Source of the DNA: Octopus vulgaris
Taxonomy: Eukaryota
Length of the DNA: 64,000 bases
Assembly: GCA_951406725.2 (NCBI GenBank)
Contig: OX597831.1
Span: 83,390,001 to 83,454,000, forward strand
Direction of reading: 5' to 3'
Numbering within the stretch: position 1 is the first letter of the stretch; every line of letters begins with the position of its first letter. The position numbers were made by a program, and so were the translations under genes. The notes under the pieces were generated by a model. It worked only from the letters and a program-made list of their open reading frames with translations. It did not search any database and was not told where the DNA came from. Below are positions 54,663 to 64,000 of the stretch, one piece after another.

Positions 54663-55595
54663 CGTATATATTTATGCATGTATGTATAAGTGTGTATACG
54701 CATACGAATATACACATGTTCGCGTGTGTGTGTTCTCAAAAGAAATGAAAGTAGCCAGCTAAAACAGCCGAACGTTGATGCTGATAAAGCGATAAAAAGA
54801 AAATGCTGTTACATTTTCGACCGGGTTTATGGATGTGAAACTCTGCGGGGTCTCATCTCAAGCATTTTATGTTCTGTAGCATTTTATTGAGCATGAACGA
54901 GATACAAAATGCAGACCAATAGTTACAAGACATTGAAACAAATAACAGAGAGAACAATAATAGCAGAAGTGAAAGCTAACCTTGGTTATTAATAAAATAG
55001 CGTTTAATATGATATATCGAGAAAATAACCTGGTCGTCGGTTAGAATACACTGGAAAGCGGAATAAAATACTTGGCTGTATTTAGTTTCGGAGTTAGAGC
55101 CTAACTGATGTCGACTATGTCTATCGTTCTTCTGAAATCAATAAAATAATCACAAACAAAACACTGCACCTCTTCTGATAAATGGATGGCTTTGAGTCTA
55201 TTAAATAAATCTATATTTTGTACAATCAGGCCCATGAGTTCTAAGAAATAATCTAACTTAATTGTTTTAACATTTCTTGCAGACAATCTCACTTTTCATT
55301 TATCTAGATTATAAAAGTACCAGTAATATATTTAGAGACTTGACTTCAATATATCTTGCCCCTTTAAAATTGTCTTGTATCTACAGGATTTGATCCTTAA
55401 AATATCTTCCAAGAGCTAATAGTAAAATTGAATGCCAAGTACGAAACCTGAACCATAACATCTTGTTGTTTAGAATGTCACTAATCATCACCAAAAAACA
55501 ACAAAAACACTCGCTATTTCCTGCTGAAACTTGGAGGTATGCTAATGAAGCTAGATTTATAATTAGGTCGTATTAAAATGATTTTGTATAGCTTA

Positions 55596-55742
55596 AGTAC
55601 AAGGTCAGCAATTCTGAGGAGAGATCAGTCAATTTCAATGATCCCAGTACATAAATGATACGTTATTTTATCGACCCCATTGAGATAAAGGGCAAAGATG
55701 ACATTGGCAGGATTTGAACTCTGAGCATAAAGAACTGGAAGA
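55596..55742 (-). mobile_element. Diverged tRNA-related SINE (family of 41097-41271)
   Basis: agtacaaggtcagcaatt...ttattttatcgacccc...ggcaaag..ggatttgaactctgagc. Confidence 0.65.
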
Positions 55743-56918
55743 AATTTTACAAAGTCATATTAAACATACAAAAACAATGAAAAAACATAACAAAAATTAT
55801 CATTATAAACCTGCCTAATATAACTTGAAACGACAACGCAACAAATTTAGATGGTATATACATCAACTGACGTTAGCGACATCTGGTGGATGGAGTAAGA
55901 GAAACGCGACCAGAGTAATATAACATGTCAGGTGAAGCAAGACAGGTTAGAAATGAAAGAAGGTACCGCCAGTGTAGGTTATGGAAATATCTCTAAATAT
56001 ATTAACATCAATGAAATGAAAGGTGTATAGTAAATGATAGAAGAGCGGATAAAATACGGTACTTAGTGACGGACCTTTGAATTCAAGCACGCAGATCAAT
56101 AAAATTCAAAGCCGAGGAATAATAAGTACCAATTAACTACTAAGATCGATTTAAAGTTGTGCCTCTGCTGGAGCAGCTAGAAACCTCTATGAGGTAGGAA
56201 AGAAGCCAGAGGTTGTGCTGTTCATATATATAATTTTATTAGTGGAGTTGACTGCAATGATGATGACATAGATACGTTCCTCTTGGTCGGTCATAGAACA
56301 TTTTCACCTCGAAGAGGATTGGGGTATGTTGAAGGTGGGCGACTTTCGGAGAGTTTCAGTTTTGAGGCAAATGGTTGGATAAGGGGAAATAACGCCTTGT
56401 TGGAGTTAGTAATACAGTGGGGGTGATAGGCAAAATGTGGGAGGATTTATTAATTGAACGGAGGGGCATGGAATATGGCCTAAAAATTATTAATTTTAGA
56501 AAGAAAATTATTAAAGTCCTTCACGTGAAGAAACAGAACCGATCTATATATCTAAATCCATACACGTATGGATTTAGATTTTTTCTTCTCTTTTTTCTCT
56601 TTTTTCTCTTTTCTTTATTCCTCTCTTCCTGTTTTTGATTTGACCTTACAAATACATTCCCTACTTTTAGGTCACATTAAATAAAAACCTTGATTCAATA
56701 GCATTGTGTACAAACTTTATACTTGGAATGACCAATTTTAGATACTATTGGATTTTACTCACAAGGTATTGGAATCTTATATATATACCATTCTGCCTAA
56801 ATAATGGATCTACAAATGCAATATCCCTGCATATCTCACATCTATTGTCATTCCTCCACTTCATTCTCTATTTCGTATCTTATCTAAGATAACTATTACT
56901 TAACCATTTTCTCACACC

Positions 56919-56966
56919 GTCTCCGATGAAGGGATATAATAAATATCCCGGAAGCGGCTGTAAGAC
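56919..56966 (+). ncRNA. Degenerate hammerhead-like motif (PLE pseudo-LTR type)
   Basis: GUCU CCGAUGA A GGGAUAU AAUAA AUAUCCC G GAAG CGGCUG UA AGAC. Stems I and II are intact and stem III is near-palindromic. Two core substitutions mean it is probably inactive. Confidence 0.55.
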
Positions 56967-57187
56967 CTTCTATTTATAAATGTTCTAAATTCCTCACAGC
57001 CTTGGTTTTTTGTTATCTCATTCTGAAAATATTTTTTTTTTATAAATACACACGCTGAAATATAACCTAAGTTGGACTCCTCATTCGCATAATCACAGAA
57101 CCTGGAGCTTAACTATGGTCAATCCGTAGCACTTACTTAGCATTACCTGACACCTTTGGGTCTTCTTGACACCATTACCTCTCATAG

Positions 57188-57251
<64 letters not shown>

Positions 57252-57280
57252 AATATATGTGACAACTATTCGGTAGCCAT

Positions 57281-57340
57281 GATAAAACTCCGAGTTTCGG
57301 ATGTCGGGTGGAAACCCACGCCGCTATCTCTTCAGTTATC
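57281..57340 (-). ncRNA. Type-I hammerhead ribozyme motif (left palindrome arm)
   Basis: Minus strand: GAUAA CUGAAGA GAUAGCGGCGUGGGUUUCCACCCGACAUCC GAAA CUC G GAG UU UUAUC. Confidence 0.7.
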
Positions 57341-57401
57341 CAGCCACCGAAAAAATGCTATGAAAATGACCGTTAAACAAAGGCATTTTTTCCGATGGCC
57401 G

Positions 57402-57462
57402 GATAACTGAAGACATGGCGGCGTGGGTTTCCGCCCCGACATCCGAAACTCGGAGTTTTATC
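57402..57462 (+). ncRNA. Type-I hammerhead ribozyme motif (right palindrome arm)
   Basis: GAUAA CUGAAGA CAUGGCGGCGUGGGUUUCCGCCCCGACAUCC GAAA CUC G GAG UU UUAUC. The base of stem II is mispaired. Confidence 0.62.
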
Positions 57463-57796
57463 ATGGCAACGCAATAATTGTCACATATTATATTTACAGA
57501 TAAATTCCTCTATTTACATAATATTGAGGTCTCTTTCATTCTTTTGTTGTCTTACTATTTCTATCAATATATATATCTATATATATATATCCATGCATGG
57601 GTGTGTGTATGTTTTGTGTGTGTGTGTGTTACTCAACTGATATCGTTAGATAACTGCTGGAAATGTCTTTCTATCAATAAACACATTCTCAAGACAAATT
57701 TTTAATTTGTTAGAAAATATTACAATAAAGATAACAACGTCGTAGATTTCCTTATTGCCGGATCTGTTGCATCATACACACCCAACCACCACCACT

Positions 57797-57846
<50 letters not shown>

Positions 57847-58058
57847 TACTCGTTGTTCTTACTCTTCAAAGAATATAATTTCCACCTTTCAAAAAAAGTC
57901 CGTTTTGGAACGTATTTACTTTCTCTTAATTATACCTGACATTTCTTGAAGCAAGAAAAGAAACCGTAATGTTAATGGTGATGATGATGATGATGAGGCG
58001 GATGATGATGGTGGTGATCTGTAAAAAATGGTGGAGAGCAATCAATGATAACTATATT

Positions 58059-58209
58059 AGAAGAAGAAGAAGAAGAAGAAGAAGAAGAAGAAGAAGAAGA
58101 AGAAGAAGAAGAAGAAGAAGAAGAAGACGACGACGACGAAGAAGAAGAAGAAGAAGAAGAAGAAGAAGAAGAAGAAGAAGAAGAAGAAGAAGAAGAAGAA
58201 GAAGAAGAA
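58059..58209. repeat. (GAA)n microsatellite
   Basis: Seen directly. Confidence 0.97.
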
Positions 58210-58342
58210 TTTATTTGGCAGATATCTTTTAAGATATGCAGATTTCTTAACTAAAATTGCGAATATAATTGAATCGAGCTTTGTTTCACTTTCTTTAGCC
58301 CCGACCACACACCCTCTTTCTTTCGTTCACACCTCTTATAAT

Positions 58343-58380
<38 letters not shown>

Positions 58381-59149
58381 TATGAGTACATGCATTTGAA
58401 AAACGTCGCAAATGAATTTATTGGCGTTATCTATTCTTAAGTATATTGCCATTTTGTGAGTGGTTTTCTCAATGGTATTTATGGTGGAAATCTAAAACAA
58501 TTCTAATAATTTAGTGTTTTGCACAGATTGCAAATGGAGCAGTCTTTTAGTGTTCCTCCTTGAAACGGGGTCTTGTGATTCGTTTGAAGAAGATTGACTT
58601 TTTATTATAGGCTTGTGGTCGCAACTGGAACGTCGTTTAAATATATACGAGTATATATTTATGTGTGTGTGAGTAGGCGCATGTAGATAAGGTGAGTCAT
58701 AAACCTACGTATAGATGGCGAAATATCCAAGTCAGCTATCAACCATTTCCTTTTAAAGATTCATCTTATACTCTTCCTATTTGTGTAGGGTACACACTCA
58801 GTTAATATTTGATCATTTTTATGTGTGACTATATATAACAGTCGCGCGCGCGCACACACACACACACATACGTATAAACTTACACCCGTGTATATATGCA
58901 AACATACGTGAAGGATTCGACTGAAAGGATTGTAAATGTGAGCTTATCTTTTTTATTAATCTGACATCTGTTGTTCGTTGAAATTGCTCATGGTGATCGA
59001 GTAAACTCTCCCTCTCTCTTTAGTAACTCTTGTTTTTGTTATTGTTAGTGTTTTGCTGTTGCTGTTGTTGTTGATGTTCTTCTTCTTCTTTTCCTTCTTT
59101 TTTTTTTGTCGTCGTCCTCGTCATCATCGCCGTTTTCATTGACGACAAA

Positions 59150-59510
59150 TAACGGTTCCCAAACAGAAGCAGTACCGTCATGTTCTTGATGAAGTTCGGG
59201 TGGAAGCTGTCCGAAAACCACAAAAGGTTAAAGGTTGTTTACAGAGATGACCACTATTTACCAGAGCCATGCTCACAGAATGAAGTTCAATGGAAGGGAA
59301 ACCTCTGTTGAGGACAAACCACTCAGTGAGTGATCATCATCTGCGACCGCTGACATGAATCAATTACAAGTAGGATTCGGAAACGGACGCTTAGTCTGTA
59401 GAATAGCATCACATTTTTTCTTCAAGGCCTAAGAACTCCAAGAACCAGCTGCCGGCACAAAAGGTCACGGTGATTGTTTCTTGGGACTCTAAGGTATTGT
59501 TGTATCTCAG
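59150..59510 (+). mobile_element. Highly decayed mariner transposase relic
   Basis: KLSENHKRLKVVYRD, TSVEDKP, DSETDA*SVE*H and SSRPKNSKNQLPAQKVTVIVSWDSK match, in order, the mariner motifs YDPETK.QS.EW and SP.PKK.K.Q.SA.KVM..VFWD. Confidence 0.6.
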
Positions 59511-60029
59511 GCAACATAGTTGTGGACTAGTACAGAGAGATAACAGGGTAGGATTCAGTAACGGATTCAGTAACGTGAAAGAGCCAATAAAAGACCGTTC
59601 AAACTACAGCCTCACCAATCCTTTCTCTGGTGCACCGAGAACACAATAACAATAAATAAAAAGAAAGAAACAAGGCTAAAGTCCTACAATGATTATTTTT
59701 TCAGTCTGAACCTAATAAAAACCACCATGAATGCAGAATAATATTCTTTCGCATTCCTTCACCATTCCAGCGATATTAAAAAAATGGAATTCTTCACTGA
59801 TGTGGAATAAGTTTGTGCAACAAGAGACAAGAAATTCGACTTGACATCAATATTTATAGAAGGATTCTCTTTTTGTTCTCCGTATTTTGATTATTTCTTC
59901 TTCTTGTGATATTTATCATGTCTCTGACACTTCATAGACAAACCCAAAATTTCTGAACTTTGCTGAATTACAATCAATCGTGTGGTAAATTATTGGTCAC
60001 TGACCTGAAAAACTCTTGATTATATTAAA

Positions 60030-60709
<680 letters not shown>

Positions 60710-61255
60710 GCCCTGATACAGTACCAGGCAGTGGCTCTCAAGGCTTCTGATCTTGGAAGTGTTATCATGTACATCGTCTTGTCTTGGTATAAAAGATGGG
60801 CTACAGCAAATATTCTGCTTAATACCACAGATTTGCTTGTCAGTTGTTTGACCTTAACCAGTTGAGCATGTTCCTTAGTGGCTGACGATATGTGCATCTC
60901 TGATCACGAGCAGAAGTAGTGGGGGAGCATCATAGCCATGTGTTGAGAGGGATTCTTTGGGGTTTGAATAATTCACCTCTGGAAACATGGGTGGTTCTTT
61001 CAACATCCTTAAACAACCCTTATTCAGGGACCTTTTGAGCGGGATGGGCTACTCAACCTGAAGGAAATTCTAACTGGGCCCCACCTGCAAGGTCATGCGC
61101 TGTTTATCTTGATATGAGATCACCATGTCTCGCACATATGGTTGTGATGCATGTGCCTGGTGTACCCTTATCAGACGGGTAGTCATGATGGGTATATTGG
61201 GCTTCGTATATTTTACCCCAGTGTCTCTTTGATGGCATGAACTGCTCTCTCACTC
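60710..61255 (+). mobile_element. ~546-bp non-coding element bounded by (TAA)n on both sides; candidate non-autonomous retroposon
   Basis: Sharp transitions from and back to (AAT)n. No long ORF and no TIR or tRNA head that I can recognise. Strand is assumed from the (AAT)n tail. Confidence 0.55.
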
Positions 61256-61281
61256 AATAATAATAATAATAATAATTCATT

Positions 61282-61682
61282 GTATTATTAGCCACAAGAG
61301 CTTACATAAAACAACATAAAATGACCTGACAGCATAAAAGAAAACAAAAGACGAGACAAAGGGTTTTACGGCAAATAAACATTTGAAAACAAGGAAAAAT
61401 CTTCCAAAAGAGAGAATTAAGGGTACTCATGGAAAAATCCACAAAAGCCACCGGTGCTTGATCAACAGGGCAAGAGCCCTTTTCCTTTTATTTCTTTACA
61501 GGTGTACGCATGGAATTGGTCCTTTCACACTGGTAATTCTTCCAGCATTCACCCAACTTTCAACAAACATGCTAGAAGGCTACACTTCCCTCCCCACTCT
61601 CAACTTCCTTTTCAAGTGAAACTTGAAAAGGTTGATGATGGCTTGGCCAAAGAGGAAAGTGTCTGACTTTAGCCCTTGCACA
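61282..61682 (-). mobile_element. Tx1/L1-like LINE 3' end (diverged relative of 30961-31673)
   Basis: Minus strand GLKSDTFLFGQAIINLFKFHLKRKLRVGRE..MFVESWVNAGR aligns with ORF 31367-31591. The 3' end tgtggctaataa is shared. Confidence 0.75.
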
Positions 61683-61684
61683 GA

Positions 61685-62790
61685 GAAATGAAAGTCAAGG
61701 TCAGCGAGGCGTATCAAAAAAGGTGATGATGGTGTTGAAATCCAACCTGAATGCCAAAAAGTTGCTTACCGCAGTTGCGGTGGTCCGATATAGAGCGTCC
61801 ATCCTCAAACGGACTAAGGAGGAAGTATCAACACTAGATAGAAGGACGAGAAAGTCGATGACGTTGCATGGGGCGCTAAAACCGAAAGCAAACGTAAACA
61901 GATTGTATATGAAAAGAAAGAATGGTGGCAGAGGACTAATTGTATAAGGACCATTGTATAAGGACCATTGTATAAGGAGTGAAAGGAGAACGCTTGCCGA
62001 GTATTTGTTAAATAGCGATGAAGACCTGCTGCAAAATGCCGCGAAAGATATGGGTGTAAATGCAGATGAAATGATGGGCAAGGAACAGTTTAACCAAATA
62101 GCTTAGGAAAAAAGAAAAGAAGACCTTCTTGGAATGAAAATGCACGGACAGTTGGAAAAGAATACACAAGACGTTAAGGAAAGCACAGCATTGTGGGCAT
62201 GGCTCGAGTGAGGTGATTTGAAGCGTACCACAGAAAGCCTAATCAATGCTGCACAAGACCAGGCTCTCGCTACCAATTCAGTGAAGTATAACATCTATAA
62301 AACTTCTGACACCCAAAAATGCAGTCTCTGTAGAAAGAGTGTAGAAAATGTGATCACCTGGTAAGTGGATGTGAGAGCCTTGCACAAAAAGAATACAAGC
62401 GCCAACACGATAAAGTGTGTGTGCATGTTCATTGGCTGTTATGCCGTAAATACCAATATGAAGTAACAGAGAACTGGTATGAGCATGTACAAAGTAAAGT
62501 TATGCAGGAAGATGGAAAAGTAACGATACTCTTGGACTATAATTTTCAAACGGATCGTGTAATCGAGCACCGTCAGTCGGATATTGTCATACCGAATAAG
62601 AGAGACAAATACTGTCAGATCGTTGATGTAGCCATACCAAATGACATGAAAGTCGTGTGTAAAGAGGTTGAAACAAATCACTAAATACTCCGAATTGAAA
62701 GTGGAAATGGCAAGACAGTATGGAATGAGAGAGGTTAATGTAAAAGTGATACCAGTGGTGATCGGTGCATTGGGTTCAATCGCAAATGGC
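61685..62790 (+). mobile_element. Decayed R4/Dong-like retrotransposon, 3' half
   Basis: LDRRTRK..RLYMKRKNGGRGL, LKRTTESLINAAQDQAL, CSLC..HLVSGC..QHDKV..HW, NFQTDRVIEHRQSDIV..VDVAIP and VIPVVIGALGS. Confidence 0.87.
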
Positions 62791-63243
62791 TGAGGATATA
62801 AAGTAGGATTTTTTGTCTCGTAGTCGACAGTTCACATCCCATCATTGGTGCTATGAGGAAACAAGTTAAACAATGATGGTATGAAGTTCACAACCATCAT
62901 AACGACAGTGTTGCTGCGGAATATATTTGCATTGAGATTTAAATAGAAAATAATGAAGCTCTTCTGTGTCGTTGTCATCTTAGCAGAATTCAAAATCGAG
63001 CTTTTCCTTAAAGAAAACACCAAAGATATTTTTCAACGTGGATTTCTTAAAAGTGTAAGTCATTTTTAGAACCATTCTGTGTTGGATTGTCATGGAACAT
63101 CGGAAACCACAGACGGTTATCTTTAAAAAAGAAAAAAAAATAGGTAGGAGATGAAAGAATTTTAGAATTGATTCCATTTTCAGACACTTCCGTTTTGGAA
63201 CTTAACTTTGTCATGTGAAAAGAAACTAATTGGTATCTATCTA

Positions 63244-63292
<49 letters not shown>

Positions 63293-64000
63293 AAAATTCT
63301 TAAAGCAGTTTCAAGAACAGATGCATAGATGGTGCATCTTGAGCAAAACAAACGACAGCTATCCAAATAACAGCGATCTATTCTATCGTCGGAGGGAGAA
63401 TGAGATAAAATCTTATTGAAAACTTGGGTTTACTACTATTATGGAGTATAGGGGAAGATTGAAAGAAGTAAATAAGGTCTTACTAATAAATAGAAACTAA
63501 TAATCATGTCAAGGGATAGATATATGAATTTCTAACGTATGAGGAAGATATATAGAGACAGAGGAATGGGCTGTGTCGATACGAGTAGAGAGAATGATAA
63601 ATAGCATAGAGTGAAGAAAGCCACGTATATATGGCGACTGCATAATAAAGTTATCCGTTACGTAGATTAGCCAGCGGGGGTAGGGGTGTTATGTAAGATA
63701 AATAATACGTATTATCTAAAGAAGTTTGGCGTGGTGGTCAACGCGATGAGTGTGAGATTATGCTAAGTAAAAAAGACTGAGATGATATGGAGGGACAAGG
63801 TTATAAATAATTTGATTGCAACTGGGTTTAGATAGCACTGAGTGTTGTTTTCTTAATCTATTCACTAACGGCATTCACTCCATCAACAAAGTGAGGAAAT
63901 ACTTTGTGTGTGTGTGTGTGTGTACAAAAGATCTGTATCTAGTGAAACGGAGATAAAATGTGTAATTCAAGTCTTTTCAGGAGAGCACTAGTCGCGCAAT

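Larger units (their letters stand above)
57255..57488. repeat. 234-bp imperfect palindrome (arms 57255-57358 and 57383-57488)
   Basis: The arms are reverse complements, e.g. gccatgataaaactccgagtttcggatgtcggg / cccgacatccgaaactcggagttttatcatggc. The spacer is 24 nt. Confidence 0.95.

Noticed and set aside
57969-58308. Poly-Arg, poly-Glu and poly-Phe ORFs
   Set aside because: (GAA)n microsatellite.

Overview
Repeat-saturated, AT-rich animal genomic DNA, probably a coleoid cephalopod such as Octopus (inferred from the tRNA-derived SINE types and extreme microsatellite load). I could not identify any host-gene exon, and most long ORFs in the track are microsatellite artefacts. The window holds about 12 copies or fragments of R4/Dong-like non-LTR retrotransposons (restriction-like endonuclease type) from several subfamilies, most of them abutting (TAA)n tracts. 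These include a head-to-tail train at 16-21.8 kb and a near-identical inverted pair at 1-4.2 kb. It also holds Penelope-like element (PLE) fragments (RT, GIY-YIG C-terminus, inverted pseudo-LTR), Tx1/L1-like, CR1-like and RTE-like LINE pieces, two mariner relics, a Merlin-like DNA transposon with an 8-bp TSD, and several tRNA-SINEs. The most notable layer outside the ORF track is seven minimal type-I hammerhead-ribozyme-like motifs with palindromic stem III. Two pairs lie back to back on opposite strands, and one of these pairs forms a 234-bp palindrome. Two ~500-550-bp non-coding elements embedded in microsatellites look like non-autonomous retroposons; one has a partial HDV-ribozyme-like fold. 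All calls were made by eye and none was checked against a database.
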